In this document: piece after piece, positions 11,614 to 24,864 of the stretch
Layout of the letters: every line of letters begins with the position of its first letter
Numbering within the stretch: the stretch's first letter is position 1
Source: Octopus sinensis
Taxonomy: Eukaryota
Direction: 5' to 3'
Length of the DNA: 64,000 nucleotides
NCBI RefSeq assembly: GCF_006345805.1
Contig: NC_043024.1
Coordinates: forward strand, 8,060,001 to 8,124,000
Translations under genes and position numbers: made by a program
Notes under the pieces: generated by a model
Told to the model about the DNA's origin: nothing
Databases searched by the model: none
What the model saw: only the letters and a program-made list of their open reading frames with translations

Positions 11614-11803
11614 CCCCGAGAGTATTAAAAACCGCAATGATGTCTTCTACTTGATCCCGGAGCGATCCTGCGTACCCGACAGCCCCGTGTGGTACTCAAC
11701 CCAATCCTTATCCAGTGACATAATGACCAAGATGCTGAACCGAATACATTTGGTGAAAGAAATACAAGAAGCTTGTATAAACACACAACCAGTCTATATG
11801 TAA
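11614..11803 (+). CDS. ZMYM: ZMYM-like terminal coding exon
   Basis: Long T tract plus tttgtag| acceptor; phase 2 completes TGC. Reads PESIKNRNDVFYLIPERSCVPDSPVWYSTQSLSSDIMTKMLNRIHLVKEIQEACINTQPVYM, then TAA at 11801-11803. Confidence 0.93.
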
Positions 11804-14341
11804 AACTAAAAACATCTTTCCTCATTTCTTCTCTCAGTCTCTTTTATCCTTTTTTTAAAAAAAAATTTTTTTTTTTTTTCAAAATTTCCGTCATCTTCTC
11901 TTCGTCCCCTATTCCTCCTTTTCTCTCTCTCTCTCCCTCATCCTCCATCACCTCATCTTTTTCTTCTTCTTCTTCCCCCTTTTAAGTGAAATTTATTTTT
12001 TATTTATTTATTTTTATTTTCTTATGATTTTTTTTTTTGGTCCCCCACCCCCAACCCCCAGCATCACCATCACCATAGCATGGCATAACATCATAACGTC
12101 GTGCCGGTTTTTTACATGTTTGCTTCACATCGTACATCGTGCATTGCATCTTGTCACACATTGCATCACACAATCGCATCGCATCACATCACACCACCAC
12201 ATTTGCATCACATCTCAACACCCTGCTCCATCCACCATTACTTCCCTTCTCAAGCCATTTGGCTTTACGGCCACCCCTCCTTTTAGAGACAGCTCTCCGA
12301 ATCTTCCAATTCTATAACAAGAATTTAAAGAAAGACCATCATGAGATATCATAACAATAATAAGTAATAATAATAATAATGATAATAATAAACCAGATAG
12401 TTTTCTATTCAAGTTGTTACAGCAAAAAAAAAAGTTTTTTTTTTTGGCTTTCTACGTTCCAGTATTCCAACCTCCTACCCCCACCATCTTCTCCATCTTT
12501 CTAGTCACATCATCATCATCATCATCATTATTATTATCATCATCGTTATTATTGTTAAGGTAGTGAGCTGGCAGAATCGTTAGCAGTCCGGGCGAAATGC
12601 TTAGCGGCATTTTGTTGTCTGTCTTTACGTTCTGAGTTCAAATTCCGCTGAGGTCGACTTTGCCTGTCATGCTTTTGGGGTCAATACATTAAGTACCAGT
12701 GAAGTCCTGAGGTTGATCTAATCGACTGGCCCCCTTCCCCAAAAACTTTGGGCCTTGTGCCTAGAGTAGAAAAGATTATTATTTTTATTAAGGTGGCAAG
12801 TGGCATTTCATCAGCCCTTATGTTTTGTGTTCAAATTCTTCCATGGTTGATTTTTGCCTTTTCAGGGTCAATAAAATGAGTGCCATGGATGTAACCGACT
12901 AGGCCCCTTGCCCCCAGAATTTCAGGCCTTGTCCCAAAAATTAGAAAGGATTATTATTAAGGTGGCGAGCTGGCAGAATTGTTAGCACGCTGGCCGAAAT
13001 GCTTAGCAGTATTTCATCTTCCACTGTGTTTGGGGTTCAAATTCCCCCAAGGTTGACTTTGCTTTCATCCTTTTAGGGGTCGGTAAATTAAGTACCAGTG
13101 AAATTCTGGGGTGATGCAGTTGACTTGTACCCTCCCTCCAAAACTTCAGGATTATTCTAATTCTAACGCCAACCACTCTGTGAGTGTAGTGAAAAAGCAC
13201 CCACTACACTCACGGAGCGGTTGGCGTTAGGAAGGGCATCCAGCCATAGAAACATAGCCAGATCAGACTGGGCCTGGTGCAGACTTCTGGCTTCCCAGAC
13301 CCCAGTTGAACCATCCAACCCATGCTAGCATGGAAAGCGGACGCTAAACGATGATGATGATGATGATGATGATTAAAGCGGTGAGCTGCTAGAACCATTA
13401 GCACACCGGGTGAAATGCCTAGTAGTATTTCATCCGTCTTCACATGCTGTGTTCCAATACTGCTGAGGTCGACTTTTCCCTTCATCCTTTTGGGGCCGAT
13501 AAAAGAAGTACCAGTTGAGTACTGGGGTCAATGTAATCGACCCTAGCCCAAATTTCAGGTCTCATACTTATAATAGAAAGGATTATTATTATTATTATTA
13601 TTATTAAGGTGGCGAGCTGGCAGAAACGTTGGCATGCCGGCGAAATGCATAGCCATATTTTGTCTGCTGTTATGTTCTGAGTTCAAATTCCGCCGAGGTC
13701 GACTTTACCTTTCATCCTTTCGGGGTCAATAAATTAAGTACCAGTTACGCACTGGGGGTTGATATAATCGACTTAATCCGTTTGTCTGTCCTTGTTTGTC
13801 CCGTCTGTGTTTAGCCCCTTGTGGGCAGTAAAGAAATAGGTATTATTATTATTATTATTATTATTATGATTAATAGTAAGGCAGCAAGCTGGCAGAATCA
13901 TTAGCAAGTTGGACGAAAATGCTCAGAGGCATTCCTTTTGGCTTGTTAGTTTCTGAGTTCAAATACCACCGAGGTCAGCTTTGCCTTTTATCCTTTTGGG
14001 GTCGATAAAATAAAGTACCAGTTAAGTGCCCCTGCTACCCCCAAATTTCTGACTTTATGGCTGGAATTTGAAAGAATTAATTATTCGGATTCACATTCAG
14101 TACAAATGACATTTAAAAAGTTTTTGTGTATTCTCTTCATCAACCATGACCATGCGGGGAATTCGTGTCTCTGTTCCCCCATCCTTCCATCTCCATCTCT
14201 TCATTCATCGCTCACCGATTGCCCGGACACACACAGAGAGACATAGACAGGTGAATTAATCATAATCGGATACATTTGACTCAGTGGCAATCCACCTGAT
14301 ATAAAGGACTTCAACACAGAATGGCCTGCTTTCTCAGAAGA

Positions 14342-14387
<46 letters not shown>

Positions 14388-14582
14388 ATGCTTATATACA
14401 CATGCTCACACACACACACCACCTCATATACAGACTTATAAATACAGAGCTGTCTGCTACTAAAGGCCAACTATACACACACACAGACTCACACACACAT
14501 ATGCGGTTACATTCACTAGGTGATCCATCAAATGCGAGAACTAAACATGGAGGAGTCTGCTTCATTAAAAGCACACACACAC

Positions 14583-14636
<54 letters not shown>

Positions 14637-14707
14637 AGTGGTCTGTCAGACAGACACAAGGACTAAAAAATACAGAAATGTCTGCTCACCAAAACACTAC
14701 ACTCCCT

Positions 14708-14739
<32 letters not shown>

Positions 14740-15944
14740 ATTGCATGTGAGAATCCAGTTATTGTTGTTCATTCCATAGATTTGCTACCATTATTCCTCC
14801 ATTCTGTTATTCTTGTTTTTTTTTTTTACTACTGACACAGCTATCATTACCACGCATACATAGATGTTTGTACATACATACACGCACATATACAGATACA
14901 TACATACAGATCTACAATTATATATATATATAAACCCACACACACACATACATATATATATGTATATGATATATGGTATATATATGTGTGTGTATATTGT
15001 ATGCATATAGATGTATATGTCTTGATATTTTGCCAGATGTTGGGGAAGTCAGGGAGAGAGACCCACCTTTCCTTTCCTCCTATTTCATTAAAAACTGAAA
15101 AATGAAAAAAAAAATATTAAAAAATATTGAAAAAAATTATAAACAAACAAACTAGAATTCATCCTTACAAAATGAAGGTCTTGTGCTTTTTGTATGTTTC
15201 TTCTTAGAAAGAAAACTTCTTAATAAACGATAAATAAAACTTGACATTTTTTTTTAAAGCCCATTGCTTGTTGGTTTTTTCTTTTTTGTTTTGATGTTGC
15301 ACTGTTGGAGCTGTATTGGTACTTTGTACTTTGGCGGTGAGCTGGCAGAAACGTTAGCACACCGGGCGAAATGCTTAGCGGTATTTCGTCTGCGTTACGT
15401 TTGAGTTCAAATTCCGCCGAGGTCGACTTTGCTTTCATTAATACCTATGTCTGTCCTTGTTTGTCCCCTCTGTGTGTAGCCCCTAGTGGGTAATAAAGAA
15501 ATAGGTATTTCATCTGTCGCTACACTGTGAGTTCAAATTCCGCCAAGTCGACTTTGCCTTTCATCCTTTCGGGGTCGATAAATTTAGTACCAGTTATGCA
15601 CTGGGGTCGATGTAATCGACTTAATACCTATGTCTGTCCTTGTTTGTCCCCTCTGTGTTTAGCCCCTTGTGGGTAGTAAAGAAATAGGTACTTTGTCTGT
15701 AATAATAATAATAATAGAAATATTAAAATTACTAAGTCTCTCTAAAGGAGATTACGGCAGCGTTACTGGATATTAATAGTTATCGCCATACTAATACTGA
15801 CCTCCCCTGTTCGAAGGTTTGTAATGGACGCAGGTTCATGTGTCAAATAGCTAGCTAGAGGCGATGGCCTCTTGGAGCTAATCAGCGACAGCTTTAGTCT
15901 TATATAATTATAGACTACCATATTAGTATGGCGATAACTATTAA

Positions 15945-17030
15945 TAATAATAATAATAATAGTAATAATAATGAAATTATTGTATACAGTGCTCAGGTGC
16001 ACCACAACTTGTCAATAGTGCGTATAGAGCGTATGCAGTAATGTACAAATGTCTGGAACAGTGGAACCTTAGGGTTCCGCCAGTACAGTCCAGGGGTTCC
16101 GCAAGAAGTTACAAAAATGCTAAAAATCGACAGTAATTTTTAATTCACCCGTGCAGATATGTGTGCATAAGACAATTAAATTATTGCACAGGGGTTCCTC
16201 GAGCCAGTGGAATGTTTCCTTGGGGTTCCACTCCAGCAAAAAGGTTGAAAAGCACTGGTCTAGAAAGCGAACAATGTATCAGTCAGATACTTGCTTGTGT
16301 GTGTATGGTGGGGAGAAAATGAGGTGTAGTGTTGGTGAATGTCAGAAAGCATGGAAGTTTTGAAGGATGCAGTGCTCCGACAACTAACAACTGATGCCAG
16401 CAGTTTGTTCCATGCTTCAGCAACTCTTAGCATGAAAAAATGTTTCCTAAAGTCATGGGAACTGTGCTGTTTTCCAACTTTGTAAACATGTCCACAGGTG
16501 TTAGACAGGTGGAGTTTTTAAATAATAATAATAATGAAATTATTATATATAGTGCTCAGGTGCACCACAACTTGGCAAAAGTGTGTATAAAGTATATGCA
16601 GTAATGTACAAATGTCTGGAAAGCGAACAGTGTATAAGTCAGATACATGCTTGTGTGTGTATGGAGGGGAGAAAATCAGGTGTAGTGTTGGCGAATCTCA
16701 GGAAGCATGGAAGTTTTGAAGGAAGCAGTGCTCCGACAACTAACAACTGATGCCGGCAGTTTGTTCTATACTCTTAGCGTGAAAAAATGTTTCCCAAATT
16801 ATGGGAGCTGTGCAGCTTTCTGACTTTGTAAATATGTCAACGGGTGTTAGATGGGTGGAGTTTGAAAAGATGCTCAGAGTTATTGTTTGTAAGATGGTTA
16901 ATAACTTTATGGGTGTCTGCCAAGTCAGCTGCCAGGGAAGTAAGGCATTCAGAATATGGCAAATGCCTGATGGAGGGTATTCTCTTGGTTGCACGTCGCT
17001 GAACGGTTTCCAGACGATGATACTTTGGTT
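15945..17030 (-). mobile_element. Two head-to-tail CR1/L2-type LINE 3' fragments with (att)n tails
   Basis: 15945-16510 and 16520-17030 are homologous. The minus strand reads LETVQRRATKRIPSIRHLPYSE...DTHKVINHLTNNNSEHLFKLHPSNTR...NKLPASVVSCRSTASFK. Confidence 0.75.
16059..16257. mobile_element. hAT (Charlie-type) MITE with 8-bp TSD
   Basis: Flanked by gtctggaa (16051-58) and gtctagaa (16258-65); ends cagtgg... and ...aggttgaaaagcactg. The paralogous LINE copy at about 16612 shows the empty site gtctggaaagcg. Confidence 0.85.
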
Positions 17031-18663
17031 TTGACTGTTTGCTTCCCAACCACGTGCTTGTGGGTTCAATCCCACTGACCAAAGCCTCTTGAGGGGATTT
17101 GGTTGAAGGAAACTGTGCGGAAACTTGTGTGTGTGTAAAAGTAAAGACCCCCTTTGGTCATGAATGATAATGGGATTGCACCTAAAAAATTCCCCTCTGA
17201 GGCACAAGACCAAGCAAGGTCGTTTGGATGACCAGCGGTCACCCTCACATGCCAGCCTCCTCTCTCCATGCTACCATGGATGTTAAATGATGATATCACG
17301 CACACACACACACGTGCGCGCACAAGTGAGAGTGCATGGCTCAGTGGTTAAAGCATCAGACTTACAATTGTGAGGTAATGAGTTCGAATCCCGGACCAGG
17401 CTGCGTGTTGTGTTCTTGAGCAAGACACTTTATTTCACATTGCTCCAGTTCACTCAGCTGTAGAAATGAATTGCGATGTCACAGGTGCCAAGCTGTATCG
17501 GCCCCTTTGCCTTTCCCTTGGATAACATTGGTGGCGTGGAGAGGGGAGGCCGGTATGCATGTGCGCTGGTCTTGCTCAGTGGTTAGAGCATCGAGCTTAC
17601 GATCGTGAGGTTGTGAGTTCGAATCCCAGACCGGGCTGCGTGTTGTATTCTTGAGCAAGACACTTTATTTCACGTTGTTCCAGTTAACTCAGCTGTAGAA
17701 ATGAGTTGCGACATCACAGGTGCCAAGGTGTATCGACCTTTGCCTTTCTCTTGGATAACATCAGTGGCGTGAAGAGGGGAGGCTTGTATGCATGGGCGAC
17801 TGCTGGTCTTCCATAAATAACCTTGCCCAGACCTGTGCCTCGGAGAGTTACTTTCTAGGTGCAATCCCATGGTCGTTCATGACTGATGGGGGTCTCCTCC
17901 TCCCCTCTCAGATTCACACACTTATCAAAATCAATCAACATCAATGGAAATTATAGCTGTGATACCAGTGCCGGTGGCACATAAGAGAACCAGCACTGCC
18001 CTGACTGGCCTCCATGCCAGTGGTACATAAAAAGCATCATCCGATCGTGGCCGTTTGCCAGCCCCGCCTGGCAGCTGTGCCGGTGGCACGTAAAAAGCAC
18101 CCACTACACTCATGGAGTGGTTGGCGTTAGGAAGGGCATCCAGCCGTAGAAACACTGCCAGATCAGACTGGAGCCTGGTGCAGCCTCCTGGCTTCCCAGA
18201 CCCCAGTTGAACCGTCCAACCCATGCCAGCATGGAAAGTGGACGCTAAACAATGATGATGATGATGATTGCAGCGGTTCTTCAATTTTTCTAAGCCGTGT
18301 TAAAGAACTCAGAACATTGGGCCTCCAATTGGGCCTGTCACCATACCGTTAAACCCAGGAACTTTTCAGCACCCCTCGTATGTATTACTGCAGACGTGTA
18401 AAGGCTTGAGCAATTTCATCAATAGCATTTTCTGTTACAAAAGGGTATCTGATTGCAGATGTAAGTAATGTTGAAATCCTTAACCCTTTAGCGTTCAAAT
18501 TAATATGTCAAAAGTAATCCTTATTCATTTACATTTTAAAATATCAATCTGGTATTATCTTGTAACTTCAAGATTTGAAAAATGTCATCATCATCATCAT
18601 CATCATTTAACGCTCGTTTCCCATGCTAGCATGGGTTGGAATAATAAATGCACCCTTTTTTAA

Positions 18664-18884
18664 CCCTTTAGTGTTTGCGTTATTCTGCCAAAATTAATCC
18701 CTTTTTATCCATATTGTTTTGAACTAATCATGCATTATCTTGTAGTTATGAGATTTCGATGAGGTAGCTGTTAATTTTTAAAACGATATTGTAGGGTTGG
18801 TGTGAGAGACCAGATCTGGTCAGTTTCAACATAAAACAGGCAGAATACTTCTGGCTGAATATGGCCTGTTTAAATGCTAAAGGG
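18664..18884. mobile_element. piggyBac-type MITE with perfect TTAA TSD
   Basis: ttaa|ccctttag...ctaaaggg|ttaa, inserted in a SINE whose paralog at 10951-10975 shows the empty TTAA site. Confidence 0.9.
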
Positions 18885-19199
18885 TTAAAGCATAGCCAGG
18901 CTCATGGGCCCGGTTTCTATGGCGTATGTGTTCCCCAGCTGAGTGGACTGGAGCAACGTGAAACGAAGTGTTTTGCTCAAGAACACAACACGTCGCCCGG
19001 TCCAGGAATCGAAACCACAATCTTACGACCATGATGCTGACACCCTAACCACTAAGCCACAATGTAATTGTTTATTTTTAGAATGACATTGCAGGGTAGG
19101 TGTGAGATGCTGGTTCTGGCCAGTTTGAGCATGAAATGAGTAGAATATTTGGGCCAGATACAGCCAGTTTAAACACTAAAGTGTTAAACACAGTCAACC

Positions 19200-19440
19200 C
19201 ACCACCAGTCTGGAGCACCAATTACAACGGGAAGATGATAAGATCCCTAAGCAATTTCTGTATGGTGTGTTTAGCCCAGGGTAAAAGACCAGCACGCGGT
19301 AACTGAAATTTAGGTATAAAGACTGCAGCAAGAATACAGTGGAGAAGATGCGAATCCTGGGAAGTGGACAGCAAAGCAGTGCATTATGGGATTGAGCACA
19401 AACAGTTCAAGAGAGGTGTTTGTAAAAGTCTTGATGCGAA
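19200..19440 (+). mobile_element. RTE LINE fragment
   Basis: Degenerate translation EDDKIPKQFLYG...GKRP...KFRYKDCSKNT, matching RTE 'RIPKQLLYGEL..GKR...RPKLR.KD'. Confidence 0.55.
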
Positions 19441-19958
19441 TACGTGTTTCAGTCATTTGACTGTTGCCATGCTAGAGCACCGCCTTTAGTCGAGCAAATC
19501 GACCCTGGGATTTGTTCTTTGTAAGCCTAGTACTTATTCTATCGGTCTCTTTTGCCGAACTGCTAAGTTACGGGGGCGTAAACACACCTGCATCGGTTGT
19601 CAAGAGATGATAGGGGGACAAACACGGACACAGAAGCATACACACACACACATATATATTATATATACATATATATATATAATCATATATATATATATAT
19701 ATAACACACATATACGGTGGACTAAAATATGAAGATTCACCAAAACGATATTGTAATACCAAGAGTGTTGTGTTAGAACAGACTATTATACTGCACATTG
19801 GCTTTTGGTGCAAAATGCACTATCATTTATATCACCTGTTCTCTCGTGATTGTATATATATCTCTGGCAGGGAGATGAACTGCTGGTAACACTAGTAGTT
19901 AAGCATCCATCACTGACGAGATCAAGGGAGGTCGAAATCATGTGATCTGCTCTCAGTG

Positions 19959-19991
<33 letters not shown>

Positions 19992-20509
19992 ATATATAGT
20001 GTATATATATATATGTGTATGTGTATATATATGTATATATATATGTATGTATATATATATATACACCATCATCACTGACATCATTTAATGTTTACTTTCC
20101 ATGATGATGATGTGTTGATGCAATCTACATACATGTATACACACACACAGACATATATACATACATACACACACACGTATACCCATGTTTATGTTTGTTC
20201 CTCATCACTTGACAACTGGCATGTGTTCATTTACATCCCTGTAACATTAGCAGTTTCGCAAAAATAAAACCCCCCAAAAAACAACAAAAAAAAGCACTAA
20301 CATTAGAGGTTTACTACCTAAAACAAGAATTGAAGGCGCAGGAGTGGCTGTGTGGTAAGTAGCTTGCTTACCAACCACATGGTTCCGGGTTCAGTCCCGC
20401 TGCGTGGCACCTTGGGCAAGTGTCTTCTACTATAGCCTCGGGCCGATCAAAGCCTTGTGAGTGGCTTTGCTAGACGGAAACTGAAAGAAGCCCGTCGTAT
20501 ATATGTATA

Positions 20510-20542
<33 letters not shown>

Positions 20543-21519
20543 TTGTGTGTGTGTTTGTCCCCCTAGCATTGCTTGACATCCAATGCTGGTATGTTTATGT
20601 CCAAGTCACCTAGCGGTTCGGCAAAAGAGACCGATAGAATAAGTACTGGGCTTACAAAGAATAAGTCCTGGGGTCGAGTTGCTCGATTAAAGGTGGTGCT
20701 CCAGCATGGCCGCAGTCAAATGACTGAAACAAGTAAAAGAGAAAAGAGAGAGAAAGGAAATTTAGCCAAGGCTGTGCTCCAGCATGACCTGCTTCCAAAG
20801 AGTAAAACAAATAAATAAACAACAACAAATGAAGCGAGGATAATTAAATAACATTTTAATTATTAGATATGTTTTTTTTGTTTTTCAAAATCCATTTTAA
20901 TATTTAATATTTACAGCTGATTAAATTAGATTAGTTCGTTATATGTGTTGTGGTGGTCGTCACCAAGGAATCAGTCAAGCAGTGAAGGCGAACAGACTTT
21001 GTTTTATGTTTCATTGGAGGGAGATGTGTCCGAAAAAGAAAATTGCTTTTCATGCTTATTGTTTTGTCAGGAATTAGGTTTTGGATGGCAAAGTTTGAGC
21101 GGAGAACTGTTAAACATAGAAACATATCTGAAATATCAGTTTAGAGTAATATGTATATACTGTATGTGTATGTATGCACACATATATATATATATGTATA
21201 TGGAGGCGCAATGGCCCAATGGTTAGGGCAGTGGACTCGCAGTTTCGATTCCCAGACCGAACGTTGTGTGTGTTTATTGAGCGAAAACACCTAAAAAAGC
21301 TCCACAAGGCTCCGGCAGGGGGTGGTGATCCCTGCTGTACTCTTTCACCACTCTTTCTCTCACTCTTTCTTCTGTTGGCCTGCTCGCTTAGCTAGTGGGG
21401 TGGCGTCATTCGAAGGCTAAAACAATGCGAAGCGCATTGTGACCAGCGATGTGTAACAACGTCTGATGGTCTGGTCGATCACGTGATATATATATAGTCA
21501 ATAATAATAAGGGTAAAAT

Positions 21520-21900
21520 TAATTAATTATTAATTAATAATGTTATTGACAATATAATTCTCTCCCTGATAATAAACTTGTAGATCCCTCTGTAGGGACT
21601 TGTTCTATAATTCACGTGGGTGGACGGGGAAGGATACAAAGCCTCATTCGTACTTTTTGAATTCGTTAGTACTGGTGGTCGAAGATGGTTCGTCTGGGAT
21701 TACTCATATCAGACAGATATGTTCGATTTTTCATGCTCTCAAATTTAAACTTGGGCTGATGACAGGAATGTTGATATAGGTATGTATTTCTAGCATATCT
21801 ATATCTAACTAACCCAGAAACAGCATTCTCAAGTAATCGATGTACGAGTGATCTTTCGTTAGTTTTCCCTCTACGCCTACGTGAATTGTTTTTGAGTATA
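21520..21900 (-). mobile_element. Possible PLE GIY-YIG C-terminal remnant
   Basis: Frameshifted pieces KFKFESMKNRTYLS and NEAL...VNYRTSPYRGIYKF loosely resemble PLE endonuclease C-termini. Highly degenerate. Confidence 0.4.
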
Positions 21901-22587
21901 CATTGTCTGGGAGACTCTTCTTATAGTGGAGGAAATAGCTAAAAGTTTTTGGCTGCTATTTCTAAAAGTTCGATGTGTGGTAAAGTAAATTTTTTTGCTG
22001 AACCCTAATTATATAATATATATATATGTATATTATTATTTGAGGGAATATAAATCCAAACTTACAGGGAAAAAAATTCAATTTAGAAATACTAAATCAA
22101 ATTTCACACAATATAATATATATATATAAAAAATTAGAAAAAAACCACCCAATTATATACGTATTTATTATTGTTTTTGCAAATTACTTAATCATTGAAA
22201 TTTTATTGTTATTTTAATTTTAATATTTCTAATATATGTAATTTTCTGGATGGTGTAATTTAATTGTTCATTTTGAATTGATAAAAGGTGTTTTTTTTCT
22301 CATTTTATATATATATAAATGCTTTAATATCTATACAGCCTTGGTTTTTTATCTTATTATGCAAAAAAAATCTTATATACACACGCTGACATAGAACCAA
22401 CGTTGAACTCTTTATTCACAATATTATCTAATCTGGAACTTAACTATGGTCTGTCTATATATATATATATATATATACATATATATATAACGGGAAGGTT
22501 TACGAAAATAAACAAAAGATGAAGGTAGGTGGAGTACAAACAAACAAATGTATTAGTATGGCGCTCAGGAATAGAAATAGAACAAAT

Positions 22588-22623
22588 CTTTTACGTTTCG
22601 AGCCTATGCTCTTCGACAGAAAG
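22588..22623 (-). ncRNA. Minimal hammerhead-like motif, core CUGUCGA (A6U)
   Basis: CUUU-CUGUCGA-A-GAGC-AUAG-GCUC-GAAAC-GUA-AAAG; stems I and II pair perfectly. Confidence 0.45.
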
Positions 22624-23082
22624 GAAACAAGGAGAGAAAAAAATGCGTGTAGGAGCTAACGGTCCATTATATATATATATATATATATGTGGCTGTGTGG
22701 TAAGTAGCTTGCTAACCAACCACATGGTTCCGGGTTCAGTTCCACTGCGTGGCATCTTGGGCAAGTGTCTTCTGCTATAGCCCCAGGCCGACCAATGAGT
22801 GGATTTGGTAGACGGAAACTGAAAGAAGTCTGTCGTATATATATATATATATAAGTGTGTGTGTATATGTTTGTGTGTCTGTGTTTGTCCCCCCTAGCAT
22901 TGCTTGACAACCGATGCTGGTGTGTTTACGCCCCCGTCACTTAGCAGTTTGGCAAAACAGACCGATAGAATAAGTACTGGGCTTACAAAGAATAAGTCCC
23001 GGGGTCGATTTGCTCGACTAAAGGCGGTGCTCCAGCATGCCGCAGTCAAATGACTGAAACGAGTATATATAAAGAGTATATA

Positions 23083-23123
<41 letters not shown>

Positions 23124-23339
23124 ATATATGTATATACATAGATATATATACGTACACACACACAACATACAGACAGAGACACATGCATGCACATAATCAC
23201 ACACATACGCACACACACACACAAGACAAAGTATAAATAATGGTCATTACATATTCTTTTATTGTAGCAAATTTGACATGCGACTGTTTCCGCCAGTCAT
23301 TCAATAATTTAATATGTGCATACATACATACACACACAC

Positions 23340-23372
<33 letters not shown>

Positions 23373-23406
23373 CATTATCATCATTTATTGTATATTTATT
23401 TGTTTA

Positions 23407-23573
23407 TTTAATAGCAGTTTGACTCAGCTCTACATGATTTAAAGTTTCATGTGCATGCAGAACATCTCCACCTCATCAGACATTAGGAGGCTTCTGAACA
23501 TCTGATGAGATGGACAATACTACACATACATGAAACTTTCTGTCGTGTGGAGCTGAGTCAAACTGTTATTAAA
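23407..23573. ncRNA. Fold-back containing two divergent degenerate hammerheads with canonical CUGAUGA
   Basis: Plus strand: ACAU-CUGAUGA-G-AUG..CAU-GAAAC-UUUCU-GUC-GUGU (23498-23548). Minus strand: AUGU-CUGAUGA-G-GUG..CAU-GAAAC-UUUAA-AUC-AUGU (about 23432-23483). The arms are imperfect inverted repeats. Confidence 0.55.
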
Positions 23574-24864
23574 TACACATGCTCCAGCATGGCCACAGAA
23601 GAATAAAAGAATATATTATGTGTGTCTGTAGCCATACCTTATTAATATTTTTGTGTTTACAGTTTAAAACCAGTAATGTGTATGTTTATGTCCCTTTACA
23701 TCCAATGCATTAGTGGTTTGACAAATGGAGACTGATAAAATAATTATCAAACTGAAACAAATATGTTGAACAGCAAATTGCCCTCTCCCATTTATGCTGA
23801 TATGTTGGTGCCCCAGCATGGCCATATTCCGATTTATGAAAGTAGGAAATATATTAATACACACACACCCATATGTATGTATGTATGTATGTATGTATGA
23901 ATGTGTGTATGTATGTATTTTTGTATGTATGTATGTTAGTATGTATGAATGTGTGTGTGTGTGTATGTACCAAAAAGCAATCTTTGTATCCAACTTAATG
24001 TGAATATCATGTTATATAAATACACATACACACGTATGTATGTATATATGTATATATGTATTTATGAATGGGTGTATGTATCAAAAAGCAATCTTTGTAT
24101 CCAACTTAATGTGAATATCATGTTAGAATGTTGGATACTATGTTATTCACCTTGTGAGATCCTCCTATATAGATGCACAGTACATAAAAGGCCAGACATA
24201 TATCACAGCAGATGAGAATTATGTGGTATGGATGCTGGAACTACCAAATGATATAATTTCAGTATACAACTTTTATGCACCATGCATCTATATGAGAGGA
24301 CCTCTCAAGACATCCACATTAAGTTGGATTCAATGCTTTTTGGTACTATTATTACTCATATTTGGTACTAGTACATACATAAATAAATATTTATGTATGT
24401 ATGTTATGCATACATTTCCCAGCATGGTTTGTATTAGAATTTTTGCATGAATGTTTGTCAAGTTAAGGCTGGTTTCATTAACCACCCAGGGCTATATGAA
24501 CCAAAGCAAGCAAATAATAAACTTCCATCACCTAACAGAACATATATCTGCCAAACATGTAATAAAGATTATCCTTCTGTTCACAACCTGGAAAGACAGA
24601 AGTCACATAGCCATATGCAATGCCAAATGACATGATTCTGCAGGGCATTTAACTGAGAGGAGACATTTATCTGTTTATCATAACCGAAGCTGCCGATCAT
24701 CCACTGGATCAAAATAAGTCATTTACACTCGGCTCGTTAATCAACAACGATTTTACTCATTAATTAGTCAACATCCATCATGAATGCAAGCTATGCAGTT
24801 TGCTGCACACAGTGATTGTTCGAACGCCAATCGTTAGTTAATTAGTGTATTTAGTTATATATAT

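Noticed and set aside
15840-15900. Hammerhead in the 176-bp fold-back (ccaaga-ggc-catc-gcc)
   Set aside because: The core lacks G5 and no GAAAC follows stem II.
24447-24635. C2H2 zinc-finger gene (YICQTCNKDYPSVHNLERQKSH)
   Set aside because: The first His is replaced by Gln, it is a single isolated finger with no splice context, and it lies antisense in the probable stum-like 3' UTR. More likely a decayed LINE C-terminus or chance.
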